Notes under the pieces: model-generated
Seen by the model: the letters and a program-made list of their open reading frames with translations, nothing else
Told to the model about the DNA's origin: nothing
The model's database searches: none
Made by a program: the position numbers and the translations under genes
Origin: Myxococcota bacterium
Lineage (GTDB): Bacteria > Myxococcota_A > UBA796 > GCA-2862545
NCBI GenBank assembly: GCA_039208735.1
Contig: JBCCQY010000090.1
Coordinates: 1-36,378, forward strand
DNA: 36,378 nt
Reading direction: 5' to 3'
Shown: positions 7,991-17,891 of the stretch, in pieces
Numbering within the stretch: position 1 is the first letter of the stretch
Layout: each line of letters starts with the position of its first letter

Positions 7991-10456
7991 TTACGCGTCT
8001 CGGCCGACGCGGGCAATCGCGTCACGGATCCGCGAGTTGCCGAGAAGTCCACGCTCCTGGGCCAATCGCCGCGCCGCCTCGACCATCTCGTCGGCTTCGG
8101 GGTCTTCATCGACCGATCGCAAGGCGGCGGCAAGCTCACAATACGCCTTGATGTGGAGATAGGCACTTCCCAATTGGCCAAGTTCGTCCACACCCTTGCG
8201 CAGCAGCGACAAGGCTTCCGTTGGCGCACCCTCTTGCAAGCGCAACTTGCCGTAGAGCAGGTTGCCGACCGCTCGTGTGATGGCGAGAGGGCCCGTCGCG
8301 GTCAACGCCCGGGCTTCGGTTAGGCGAATGCGCGCCTCTGGGGCGTCCTCAAGTTCAAGCAACAAGTCGGAGGCCGCAATGAGGCACGAGGCGAGGCCTC
8401 CCGCCTCCCCAAGCGCCCGGTGGGCATCCGCCCCTTCCGCGTAGGCGGCCACTGCATCAGCCGCCTTCCCTTCAACCCGGTAGGCCGCCGCCACATTCGC
8501 CAAGAGCAACGCCAAGTCAGGACGAGCCCCCACCTCGATGAGCCCCGTACGGGCCTGTTCGTTGTGGTGGGTCGCGAGCCCTGGTTCACCAGATTGGACG
8601 TACTGAATTCCGAGTTCAAGATGCGCATGGGCGGCTTTGTAGACTTCGCCGGCACCTTCGAGCACCCGTACCGCACCCGCCGCCACCCGACGTGCTTCAT
8701 CGAAGTTCCCTCGCTTACGAGCTCGCGTGGCAAGCGACAATTGGATGACCCCTTGAAGTCGAGCGGAAAGGGCATCGCGCAGGGCTTCCGTCAACATCGA
8801 AGTGGCGATTTCGCCTTCCCCTTGGGCCGCGAGTTGGCCCGCGCGACAATACACGCCAAGCGCCCGGACATCGGGTTCTTGGGCGAGTTGCGAGACCTCG
8901 GCAAGCTCGGCATCCATACCCGTCCGATCGAGGTCAAAACGCGCCTGGCAGCGGCACAAAATCGCGCGGGCCCGATCGTTCGGGGCCAGGTTGTCGAGCG
9001 CCAAGACCGCATCCGCCAATGGCAGGACGACTTCGACAAAGCCGCCGAGTTGTGCGGCTCGACGGACCCCCTCGAGGCATCCTACGGCGACGTCTGGCAT
9101 GGCCAGCTCGGTGGCCGCACGACATGCCGCGATGAGGTTCGCCGTTTCGGTCAGATGCGCCTTTCGCTCGGGTAGCTGCCCAAACCGCGCGAGTGCTGTG
9201 GCATGTGCACTTCGCAGATTTGCATCCTCGAACCCCGCTCGGCGACGCACGCTGTGGAGCAGGGTGAGTCGTGGCCGCCCCTTGATGGGGGTCCGCTGGA
9301 TCATGGACGCTTGCGCGAGGCTCTGCAGAACATGAACGACCGGTCGCCCATCGGCCGGAGGGGACAACACCGCTTCGGCCAACGGGAGATCGAAGCCTTC
9401 TTCGAAGACCGACAGTTCGGTCAAGGCGAGCCGCTCGACCGGGTCGAGCAACGCAAACGACCGTTCCAAGACATCGTCGAGCGACAACGGCCCAGCGCCC
9501 GCCTTGATGCGCCGGGACAATTCCGACAGCTCGAAGACGCCAAGCCACGGGGCCACGAGTTCGATGGCCAGGGGAAGGCGATCGAGGCGTTCCACCAGCC
9601 CGAGTACCTCGTCGTCGGCGCCCACCGTCGTCCATCCTTGGCGAGCGGCGTGGTGCTGCAGCAGGCTCACCGCATCCGCGGGCGGAAGCGGGCTCAATCG
9701 AACCACATGTTCGTCGCGCAGACCCAACACCCGTCGCGATGTCACGACCACACGGAGGTTCGAAGCGACAGACCTCAGCCCTGCAACCACTTCGGCCACC
9801 GCTTGCGTGACCGGCTCCGCTTCGTCGATGACGAGCAACCGGGGCGACGGCTCGAGGGCGAGGGCTTGGCCAAGCGCCGCCACCTCCGCCGTTCCGAGTG
9901 GGATTCCTGCCGCCCTGGCCACCCTCTGGACAATGTCCCGAACGCCACGTGCATCGAGCACCGACACCGTCACGGCGCGGTAGTCCACCAACCGGAGCAC
10001 AAGCTCACGAGCCGCCCGCGACTTCCCGACGCCCGCAGGTCCGGTAATCACCACGAGCGGCGTCTGTTTGACGAGGGCAACGAGCGACGACACGACGTCT
10101 TCCTGCCCCACCCACCGGTCGTCGGTGCGCATCTCGGGAAGCTCGGGTTCGGGCCGAGGCACAAAACGGTAGCCCTGACCGCGAACGGCCAACAGGTGGT
10201 CCGGCGCCCACGGCTCGAGTTCCACCTTCTTACGCAGGGTGACCATCGTCTTGTCCACCGCGCGCGAGACCACCGTGGCCGCATAGCCGAACACTTCGAC
10301 GAGAAGTTCCTCTCGGGGCACCACTTGGTGAGGGCGCTCCGCCAGGTACCGCAACAGTCCAAGTTCCCGACCGGTGAGGCGACGCGTCTCGCCACCTCCT
10401 TCGACGGAACCCGAGCCAAAATCAACGTTGCAACGGAAGAGCGAGACGCGTTCCAC
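7991..10456 (-). CDS. OmpR-type winged-helix + ATPase + TPR transcriptional regulator
   Basis: LTGRELGLLRYL…VVPREELLVEVFGY…VRGQGYRF (Trans_reg_C), Walker A GPAGVGKS, VVVTSRRVL, LDRLPLAIEL, TPR-like C-terminus. Confidence 0.88.
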   Translation of the reverse strand: MERVSLFRCNVDFGSGSVEGGGETRRLTGRELGLLRYLAERPHQVVPREELLVEVFGYAATVVSRAVDKTMVTLRKKVELEPWAPDHLLAVRGQGYRFVPRPEPELPEMRTDDRWVGQEDVVSSLVALVKQTPLVVITGPAGVGKSRAARELVLRLVDYRAVTVSVLDARGVRDIVQRVARAAGIPLGTAEVAALGQALALEPSPRLLVIDEAEPVTQAVAEVVAGLRSVASNLRVVVTSRRVLGLRDEHVVRLSPLPPADAVSLLQHHAARQGWTTVGADDEVLGLVERLDRLPLAIELVAPWLGVFELSELSRRIKAGAGPLSLDDVLERSFALLDPVERLALTELSVFEEGFDLPLAEAVLSPPADGRPVVHVLQSLAQASMIQRTPIKGRPRLTLLHSVRRRAGFEDANLRSAHATALARFGQLPERKAHLTETANLIAACRAATELAMPDVAVGCLEGVRRAAQLGGFVEVVLPLADAVLALDNLAPNDRARAILCRCQARFDLDRTGMDAELAEVSQLAQEPDVRALGVYCRAGQLAAQGEGEIATSMLTEALRDALSARLQGVIQLSLATRARKRGNFDEARRVAAGAVRVLEGAGEVYKAAHAHLELGIQYVQSGEPGLATHHNEQARTGLIEVGARPDLALLLANVAAAYRVEGKAADAVAAYAEGADAHRALGEAGGLASCLIAASDLLLELEDAPEARIRLTEARALTATGPLAITRAVGNLLYGKLRLQEGAPTEALSLLRKGVDELGQLGSAYLHIKAYCELAAALRSVDEDPEADEMVEAARRLAQERGLLGNSRIRDAIARVGRDA

Positions 10457-10468
10457 GCGGCAGCCTTT

Positions 10469-10494
10469 GTCCAGGACAGTCCAGCCGTGTCCAG
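10469..10494. repeat. Three GTCCAG direct repeats at 10-bp periodicity; putative wHTH operator
   Basis: GTCCAG starts at 10469, 10479 and 10489 in the divergent intergenic region. Confidence 0.65.
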
Positions 10495-10551
10495 AACCTA
10501 CGATGCCCTGCTCTCAACAGCGTATGCAAGGACGACTGTCCCGGAGGCGAT

Positions 10552-11007
10552 GTGCAGACGTCCATTCAGTCCATCGTGATGTTGTTCTCCGGGACATTGA
10601 TGGTCCTGGGCGGGGCGGCGGGCATGCTCGCCATGATCGTGCTGGCCCTCACCATGCCGGGTCGAACCCAGGAAGCCTACGCCTCGCTCGCCGAAGTCCG
10701 TGTCGCGACCACCCCGCTCCTGCGGGAAGCCATGTCGTTGGAACGGCCGCGACACGAGACCCTGGCGTGTGACTTCCCAAGCGGCCCCGGCACCGTCACC
10801 ATCGAGCGTGACCCGTCCGGAACGTTTGCCGGCCGCTTCGAGAACGGCCGTGGTGACCGCTCCTTTACCGGCCGCGGCCAGCGCCTTTGGTTCACCGACC
10901 CCGCCGGCAACCAACTGTCCGGTCGCTTTGCATGGCAGGCCGACCGGCTTGACGTCCACATTCCCGCGGACGGCGCACGCTCCGTGCGGTGCCTCGTCGC
11001 GCGGTAG
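10552..11007 (+). CDS. Hypothetical membrane-anchored protein
   Basis: GTG after GGAGG. Hydrophobic N-terminus followed by a beta-rich soluble part. Divergent from the regulator. Confidence 0.6.
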   Translation: MQTSIQSIVMLFSGTLMVLGGAAGMLAMIVLALTMPGRTQEAYASLAEVRVATTPLLREAMSLERPRHETLACDFPSGPGTVTIERDPSGTFAGRFENGRGDRSFTGRGQRLWFTDPAGNQLSGRFAWQADRLDVHIPADGARSVRCLVAR

Positions 11008-11010
11008 GCT

Positions 11011-14000
11011 TCAGCGAAGGTCGAGCAAACGCCACGTGCCGTTGGCCATGCCATCGCGCTCGACACGGCCGTAGGCTTCTTTGGCGCGCGAATCGAGGCC
11101 GAAGTGCTCGGCGATCCGTCCCTCGACGAAGCCCCACTCGGGACCCAGCCGCACGTAGGTGGTCCGGGCTTCTCGCCACGTTCGCACCGCTGCATCGAAC
11201 GCATCGGTAAACACCTCGAGGCACGCCCGGGTGTGCAGCTCGGCCATGCTTGCCCCCTTCAGGTGCTCCGCCCACTCGCCCGCATCTTCCGGCCGACCCT
11301 CGATGAGCATCGCCCATACCGCATCGTTCGCCACCCGCGTCTTGAGCGTGTCATCGTCGGCCACCAACTTCCGCAATTCGTCGAAACGCCCGAGTGAAAG
11401 CGCAAGTTCAATGTTGGCATCCGCGTTGTCGAGCCGCTCGGCCAGCGCTTCCGCTTCCTTGTTCCGACCCGCCTGGACGAGGGTCTCGATTTGGGCGGCG
11501 GGGAACAACTCTTCACTGTGCCCTTCAAGCACGGCCAGCTTGCACTTCAGCTCTCCGCGACAGCTCTGGACCGCCGGTCCCACCAGATCGTCTGGGACTT
11601 CGGCCAGTCGGTCGTGGTCACGCTTTTCTGCCCCCAACACCATCTTGGCCCAAAGCCAGTGATGGACGGGCTCCTCGGGAAGCTCCTCAACGCTGGCTCG
11701 GTTGGACGCCACCGCCACCTTCTCGAGCACCGTTTGAAGGTCGTCATCGCGCTTCTTGGCCAACGCGCGCTCCAGGTCTCGGGCAATGCGCTCGTAGGCC
11801 TCGGTGTCCACCGCCGTGACGCGAGGTTCACCCTTCTGTTGCTCGACATAGAAGGTCGCCGTGGTCTTCTTGGGTGGGTCCGACAACTGGACAAACCATC
11901 CCGTGGATTCGTCACCGGCGACCCGGGCCTTATCGTGCACCATCTTCGCCAGGATCATCCCTGCGAATGTGCGCGTTGTGGGAATGGGCATCTCAAGTTC
12001 CAACAACGCCCGGAACGTGTCCTCGATCCGTATGGCATCCCGTAGATCCTTTGGAATGTCCTCTTCACGGCGCTCGACCTTGGCCCGCATGAGCTTGGCC
12101 ACCGCCTCGACCGGCGTCGTGGCGGGCTTCATGGGGTCGCCATGGATGCCCAAGTCGTCGATCTTCTCGAGCCAGCCCGTACTGGCCTCGGCAGGCAACA
12201 TCGCGCGGAGTTCAGGCACGAACAGCCCAATGTGCGACAGCAACACCCCAGACGCTGAGACCACGTCTTCCGGCAGGTTCTCAAGGGGTTGCCCTTTGAG
12301 CATACGGGCAACCGCCATCGCGGCCGGGACATAGTCCTTGGGGAGTTCGAGTCCTGCCACCCCTTCGACATCACCGTTCATCAGACGACCCGCGAGAGCG
12401 AGCTGCTCGAAGTCCCGAGGGGTATCGAGTTCGCGGGCCGCATACGCCTCACCGAGTTTGGCCAACGCCTCGAATTGGCCCTCAAAGAACAGGAGCCGCG
12501 CCAGTTCGACCGGAGCAAAATCGGGGTTGGCCTCGAACGCGAGTTCGAACGTCTTGATGGCCTCTTCAGGCTCGCCTCGAAACGCCAAGGCATCGCCCAG
12601 CGCCCGCAGCACCAAGACATCTTCAGGCCGCACGCGGTCGGCCTGCCGATACGACGCGACGGCCTCCTCTTCAAAGCCCGCGCGCCACTTCACATGCCCA
12701 TCAAGCACCCACTCATGGGCCAACTTGTCCTTGTCGCGAGGCACCGCGTCGGAAAGTGCCGTCCACGCTGTGGCGTGCTCATCGCGGTCCATCGCCGCGG
12801 CCGCGGGATGAACGGCCCGAACGTTGGTGGTGCGCGACAGCTCCAAAAACGCCTGTCGAACAGCTTCGACCTCGCTCACTTCGAACCGGCCGTCCCCGAT
12901 GTCGAGCGTGGCGGACCGGCGCAGGACCGTGTCATCGCCAAGGGCATGCTCAAGCACGAGCGTTGCATCGCCAAATGTCCACGTTTGTGGTTCCACATCG
13001 CCCGTGAGTTCAAACCCTCGGGGCAACCGGATGACATCCTCGAGTTCGACCCGTCGTGGCGACACTTCGACCGGAATCGACCGACCCGCCAGCGGGTCCT
13101 CCGCCGACCCTGGCCGAACGTTGAAAATCTCGGGCAGTGAGCCGACAAGGGGCTGCAGCCCGATGCGTGCCCACGCATGTCCGATCACGGACTGCGAACG
13201 GCGGGGCGATGCCTCGAGCGTCATCGTGAAGGGACCGGCCACGGGCGCCCCCATGGTGCCCTTGCCCCATGGCGAGCCGTAGGCGCGGGAGGCGTAGTCG
13301 TCGAGCATCTCCTGCTTACGCCCTCGCGCGGCGGTCGAAAACTGATGGTGCAATCCCAACGCGCTGTCCCCTTCCGCGTAGGTCTTCTCGACCAACGAGC
13401 CCTCGCCCGGCACCGAAATGTCGAGCATCCTCGTCTCGCGGTAGAAATCACCCGTATGTGGCGTACGAACCAGGTCCTCTCCACGGGCCGAAATCGGCAG
13501 GGCCCACCGACCCTGGGATTGACCGGGCAACTTGCCTACCGGGCTGAACCGCGAGGTGGGATCGATCCAGAGATCCAGCTCGGGGATGTGAACAATGGCA
13601 TGGTTAAACCAGTCCAACGAGGGAAATGCGGGGTCGGTATCGGACGGCCGTCGGTCGGCCCACAAGAGCGCAGGTCGCGCCTCGACCCCGGCCGAGGCAA
13701 GCAACGTGACCAACAGGGCTGACTTGTCTTTGCAATCGCCGTAGCCAAGCCGCAGTACGTCGGATGGCGTGTACGGCACGATGCGTCGGACGCCGAACTC
13801 CACCCCCGTGTAGCGGACATCCTCCCGCGCAATCTTGGCCGCGACCTCGACCTTGGCTCGCGTGTCCTTCGCGGCCTGAACCTGGCTGATGGCCGCGTCG
13901 AGACCCGCCGCGGACATCGATTCCGAAATGAGGTCGGCATACGCCCTCGAAACCGCTTTCCACGAGCCTCCGGTGCCTACGACCAACGAGGGAATGGTGG

Positions 14001-14736
14001 GCGTGCCGTGGGGCACGGCGTCCGGCGGAGCCTCAAAGGGTGGCGTCTCAGACGTCACGGTCACCCGAATGATGCGCTGCTTTCCTGCTTTGCGCTGGGC
14101 GATCTCATAGGTGCCTTCTCGGCCGTCTGCCCCTCGGGTCTCGACGGTCAGGTCCGTCCCGACAGGCACGCGAATCTCGACCTGTCGCTCACCAACGTTC
14201 TCACGGCCATAGAGCGGCACGATGACGATTCGCCCCGAGCTGCGCGTCGCGGTCACATCTCGGTGGACGGACTCAAACTCGATGACCGCACCCTTGGTCA
14301 CCTGCGGCAGCGGAGCCCACAAATCCCGCGTGTCTTGCAACACCGTAGGATCGTCGTTGTTCTGAACCGCCTCCTGAAAACGGGTGGCGTCGAGCACGTG
14401 TTCTTCGCCGTCGGGCGTGATGACGCGGGCGCGCAACTCCGGCCGCGATTCCAATTCGGGCTTCCAACTGACGCCTACGGTCGTCCACTCCTTGACCGCC
14501 TCGTCGGACTGCACCACCGCCACCGTTCGGTGCGTGCTCGTCAATCGACCGTCCGCGTCAATGTCGTGCCGGGTGGTCCGCGTGAGCGTCCAAGCTCCCA
14601 CGTCCTCGGGGGCCTTGGCCGCCATCTTCAGCAACTTGTTCGGCGAAAGGTCGAAGCTATCGGCGGCGTAGGCGGGCGACCCAAGCCCGGCCAGCATCCC
14701 CCATCCAACCAACATCCAATGCAAACGGGCCTCCAC
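11011..14736 (-). CDS. Secreted DUF3857/transglutaminase-like protein with TPR region
   Basis: Signal peptide (…PAYAAD), DUF3857-like N-terminus, Cys-His-Asp triad motifs GDCKDKSALL, FNHAIV and WIDPT, helical repeat C-terminus. Confidence 0.85.
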   Translation of the reverse strand: MEARLHWMLVGWGMLAGLGSPAYAADSFDLSPNKLLKMAAKAPEDVGAWTLTRTTRHDIDADGRLTSTHRTVAVVQSDEAVKEWTTVGVSWKPELESRPELRARVITPDGEEHVLDATRFQEAVQNNDDPTVLQDTRDLWAPLPQVTKGAVIEFESVHRDVTATRSSGRIVIVPLYGRENVGERQVEIRVPVGTDLTVETRGADGREGTYEIAQRKAGKQRIIRVTVTSETPPFEAPPDAVPHGTPTIPSLVVGTGGSWKAVSRAYADLISESMSAAGLDAAISQVQAAKDTRAKVEVAAKIAREDVRYTGVEFGVRRIVPYTPSDVLRLGYGDCKDKSALLVTLLASAGVEARPALLWADRRPSDTDPAFPSLDWFNHAIVHIPELDLWIDPTSRFSPVGKLPGQSQGRWALPISARGEDLVRTPHTGDFYRETRMLDISVPGEGSLVEKTYAEGDSALGLHHQFSTAARGRKQEMLDDYASRAYGSPWGKGTMGAPVAGPFTMTLEASPRRSQSVIGHAWARIGLQPLVGSLPEIFNVRPGSAEDPLAGRSIPVEVSPRRVELEDVIRLPRGFELTGDVEPQTWTFGDATLVLEHALGDDTVLRRSATLDIGDGRFEVSEVEAVRQAFLELSRTTNVRAVHPAAAAMDRDEHATAWTALSDAVPRDKDKLAHEWVLDGHVKWRAGFEEEAVASYRQADRVRPEDVLVLRALGDALAFRGEPEEAIKTFELAFEANPDFAPVELARLLFFEGQFEALAKLGEAYAARELDTPRDFEQLALAGRLMNGDVEGVAGLELPKDYVPAAMAVARMLKGQPLENLPEDVVSASGVLLSHIGLFVPELRAMLPAEASTGWLEKIDDLGIHGDPMKPATTPVEAVAKLMRAKVERREEDIPKDLRDAIRIEDTFRALLELEMPIPTTRTFAGMILAKMVHDKARVAGDESTGWFVQLSDPPKKTTATFYVEQQKGEPRVTAVDTEAYERIARDLERALAKKRDDDLQTVLEKVAVASNRASVEELPEEPVHHWLWAKMVLGAEKRDHDRLAEVPDDLVGPAVQSCRGELKCKLAVLEGHSEELFPAAQIETLVQAGRNKEAEALAERLDNADANIELALSLGRFDELRKLVADDDTLKTRVANDAVWAMLIEGRPEDAGEWAEHLKGASMAELHTRACLEVFTDAFDAAVRTWREARTTYVRLGPEWGFVEGRIAEHFGLDSRAKEAYGRVERDGMANGTWRLLDLR

Positions 14737-14978
14737 TTCAGAAAGCCAGTCTAAAGCGAGCCGGCGTTTGCCACACCTTCAAGAAGTGCACTTTGTTGAC
14801 CGCTTGGGCCTACATCGGCTCGGTCACGACCAGCGATGCTTCGTCGCAGCGGCCTAGCGACGAAGCCACACTTTCAACAGATAAGGGACCTACCAAGCTT
14901 TAGATATGACTTTCGCAGAGCAGCAGACCCAAAACCAATCAGTGTATAGTCTTCAGGAAGTGTGCAGAGGGTCGTCGA

Positions 14979-16388
14979 GTGGATTCACGTTTCTCACCAA
15001 CCCGAATGGCGTACGGCATTGGTATGGCCGCCGTCGGCGTCCAACAGAATGCGTTCAACATGTTCCTGTTGTTCTTCTATCAGCAGGTTGTTGGCCTTGA
15101 TGCGATGCTCTGCGGGGTGGCCCTGTTCATCGCACTCCTCATCGATGCGGTGACAGACCCTTGGGTAGGGCTCCTGTCGGACCGCACGCGGTCGGCGTGG
15201 GGTCGGCGGCATCCGTTCATGCTGGCGAGCATCGTCCCTCTTACGATCTGCTTCTACGCTGTGTTTCAGCCACCGGACGGTTTGGGACAGGTCACGTTGT
15301 TTCTCTGGCTCTTGGCCTGGGTGATTGGCACGCGCATCGCGATGACCTTGTTCGCGATTCCGCACCTCTCGCTGTTGGCCGAACTCGCGCAGCGACCGGA
15401 CGATCGGGTCTCCCTTCAGTCTTTGCGGGTGTCGATGGCGTGGCTCTTTGGGCTCATCAACGCCATCGTGGTCTTCTCGGTCCTTCTGCCGCCCACCGCA
15501 GCCTACCCAAGCGGCCTCGGCAACCCTGACGGCTACTTCGGCTTGGCCCTTTGGGGAGCGGGGGTGATGTTGATCGCGACGTCGATTAGCACCTTTGGAA
15601 CCATCCACGCCACGCTCCATCACACACGAACCCTCGAGCCTGACCCTGCCTTGGATCTGAACGATGCCGTGCGCGCGGCGTGGGCGAATCGAAACTACCG
15701 GGCTGCGGTGCTCGGTGGACTGGCGTTGACGGTGGCGGTGGGCTTTCACGACAGCCTCTCGAACTACGTCACGACCATGTTCTGGGGATTGTCCTCCGAC
15801 CAGGTCTCGGTCCTCGTCGTGGCCATCATGGGGGCCGCCCTTCTTGTTTTGGCGACCGCAAGACCGGTCGCGACCCGTATCGGCAAGCGTTCCGCCACGT
15901 TCCTCGGGGCGGCTCTCGTCGCCGTCACCTGGCCCCTTCTCCTGGCCCTTCGCCTTGCCGATTGGCTACCCCATGGCGAAGGCCTGCTCCCGGTCTTGGT
16001 TGTGGCGTCGGTGGTGATTTACTACGGCATGATTCTTGGCATGACGATGGTGGGCGCCATGATTGCCGACGTGACCGATGAGCACGAGCTGCGGACTGGG
16101 CAACGCCAAGAGGGGCTACTGTTCAGCGCCTACACCTTCGCTTCGAAGGCATCGTCGGGACTTGGGCTTCTCGTCGCAGGCGCCGCCCTGCGGCTTTCGG
16201 GGGTTCCAAAAGGCGCATCGGGTACGTTGGATGACCCCAACGCAGCGCTCCGTCTTGTCTTCATCCAGGTCTCGATCATCGCGTTGCTCGCCTTGGCCAC
16301 CGCGGCCAGCGTGCGGGGCTTTCGCCTCGACCGAAACGCACACCAACAAGTCCGCCAAGCCTTAGAGGAGCGGCAGCGCCGCGCGTAG
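14979..16388 (+). CDS. MFS transporter, GPH/MelB (glycoside-pentoside-hexuronide) family
   Basis: AYGIG, IDAVTDPWVGLLSDRTRSAWGRRHPF, MIADVTDEHELRTGQRQEGLLF; about 12 hydrophobic segments. Confidence 0.9.
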   Translation: MDSRFSPTRMAYGIGMAAVGVQQNAFNMFLLFFYQQVVGLDAMLCGVALFIALLIDAVTDPWVGLLSDRTRSAWGRRHPFMLASIVPLTICFYAVFQPPDGLGQVTLFLWLLAWVIGTRIAMTLFAIPHLSLLAELAQRPDDRVSLQSLRVSMAWLFGLINAIVVFSVLLPPTAAYPSGLGNPDGYFGLALWGAGVMLIATSISTFGTIHATLHHTRTLEPDPALDLNDAVRAAWANRNYRAAVLGGLALTVAVGFHDSLSNYVTTMFWGLSSDQVSVLVVAIMGAALLVLATARPVATRIGKRSATFLGAALVAVTWPLLLALRLADWLPHGEGLLPVLVVASVVIYYGMILGMTMVGAMIADVTDEHELRTGQRQEGLLFSAYTFASKASSGLGLLVAGAALRLSGVPKGASGTLDDPNAALRLVFIQVSIIALLALATAASVRGFRLDRNAHQQVRQALEERQRRA

Positions 16389-16458
16389 CGAACAGCCGGA
16401 GTCCGCTTCGGGAGGACGGGAAGGCCAAGTCGAACGCCGTGGCGGTTTACACCCACCT

Positions 16459-16479
16459 TATTGCAACTGAGTTGCTATA
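16459..16479. promoter_or_regulatory. Putative Zur (Fur-family) box
   Basis: TATTGCAAC-TGA-GTTGCTATA is a 9-3-9 palindrome with one mismatch, AT-rich, about 40 nt upstream of an operon containing a COG0523 GTPase. Confidence 0.65.
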
Positions 16480-16518
16480 GCGTTTGGGTTGAAGTAGTCA
16501 GCCCTGAAGAGGAGGCCC

Positions 16519-16908
16519 ATGAAAACGCTCTGGATGGACCGTCTTGGCAGTATGGCGAGTGCGGTTTGCACGCTCCACTGTTTGGCGCTCGCACTGGCGC
16601 CGGCCCTCATCTCGGTCCTCGGCCTAAGCTTTCTCGCCAACGAAGCGTTCGAATGGGGTTTCTTCACCATTGCAGTAGCCTTTGCGGGCGCCGCGGCCCT
16701 CATCGGATATCGCGTCCACCGAGCTTCCTGGGTGGTCCTCGGGTTTGGATTAGGCATCGTCATGTTGGCCTTTGGGCGGCTCGGCGAAGCGTTGAATCTT
16801 TTTGAAGGCAGCGCACTTTTCGCAATGGCCGGAGGTCTCGTGCTGGTCGCCACCCACCTGGCGAGCTTGCGGCAGTTGCGTGCTTGTTCGAGCGCCGAAT
16901 GCGCGTGA
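16519..16908 (+). CDS. MerC-domain membrane protein
   Basis: GAGGAGG RBS. MDRLGSMASAVCTLHCLALAL (CxxHC) motif, four TM segments, late His. Confidence 0.85.
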   Translation: MKTLWMDRLGSMASAVCTLHCLALALAPALISVLGLSFLANEAFEWGFFTIAVAFAGAAALIGYRVHRASWVVLGFGLGIVMLAFGRLGEALNLFEGSALFAMAGGLVLVATHLASLRQLRACSSAECA

Positions 16909-17891
16909 CCGATTCTGTGCCGGTGACACTCCTCACCGGGTTCCTAGGGGCCGGGAAGACCACGTTGCTCAACCACGTGTTGAGGACCGCAACGGATCGA
17001 CGATTCGCGATCATCGAAAACGAATTTGGTGAACTGGGGATCGACGGTTCACTCGTGGCCACTCCCGTCGAAGCCTTGTTCGAGCTTTCCCAAGGCTGCG
17101 TGTGTTGCACGGTTCGCGATGACCTCGTTGACGTGCTTGTCCAGCTCCTCAACCGGCCAAACCTCGATCACGTGATCCTGGAGACCACCGGCCTGGCGGA
17201 GCCAGCTCCGGTGTTGCAAGTCTTCCAAACGCCGAACGTTCGTGACGGGTTCCACCTCAATGGCCTGATCACGGTGGTCGACGCCGCTCAGGTAGAGCAG
17301 GACCTTGCCGAAACCTCGACGTGTGCGGAACAAATCTCGTACGCCGACCTTCTTGTGCTGAACAAGACAGACCAAGTGCCCTCCGAACGATGGCCTGAAC
17401 TCGAGGCGCGCCTCCATCGCCTCAACCCGCTGGCCCGCATCGTACGAGCCCAACATGGCCAAGTCCCGGTCGATGAGTTGCTTGCCCTTCAACGGCACGA
17501 CGCCTCACACTTAGGGCAAACCAGCGTTCCCCACACGCACCATCACCACCACCATGACGACACCATCGGCTCGGTGGCGCTCGAAGCGGACGGCGACATC
17601 GATATTGGCGCCCTGGACCGCTGGCTTGGCGATCTGACCCGACGCAGCGACATCGATGTGCTTCGCATGAAGGGTGTGGTGGCGGTGGTGGGCCAATCCC
17701 GTCGGTTTGTGTTCCACGGGGTTCGAAGGTCGATCGACGTGCGGCCCGACCGCCCGTGGGGCGACGAGGTCCGGCGCAATCGGTTGGTCCTCATCGGCCG
17801 CGGCCTCGACGCGGAGATGCTGGGCAAAGGCTTCCGAGCGTGTCTGCGGGACGCTTTCGCCCCTTCGGTAAGTGGAGGACTCCGTGGCTAG
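16905..17891 (+). CDS. COG0523/CobW-family G3E GTPase (metallochaperone)
   Basis: GTGA overlap with the merC-like stop. TGFLGAGKTT, IENEFGE, GCVCC, ETTGLAEP, LNKTD, His tract HTHHHHHH and a CobW_C domain. Confidence 0.93.
   Translation: MTDSVPVTLLTGFLGAGKTTLLNHVLRTATDRRFAIIENEFGELGIDGSLVATPVEALFELSQGCVCCTVRDDLVDVLVQLLNRPNLDHVILETTGLAEPAPVLQVFQTPNVRDGFHLNGLITVVDAAQVEQDLAETSTCAEQISYADLLVLNKTDQVPSERWPELEARLHRLNPLARIVRAQHGQVPVDELLALQRHDASHLGQTSVPHTHHHHHHDDTIGSVALEADGDIDIGALDRWLGDLTRRSDIDVLRMKGVVAVVGQSRRFVFHGVRRSIDVRPDRPWGDEVRRNRLVLIGRGLDAEMLGKGFRACLRDAFAPSVSGGLRG

Noticed and set aside
1741..10579. Long antisense ORFs (1741..2859, 4057..5313, 9203..10579 and similar ones elsewhere)
   Set aside because: These are shadows of real genes in high-GC DNA, Arg/Pro-rich and without recognisable motifs.
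16519..16908. Mercury-resistance operon
   Set aside because: No merA, merR, merT or merP. The context points to zinc homeostasis.
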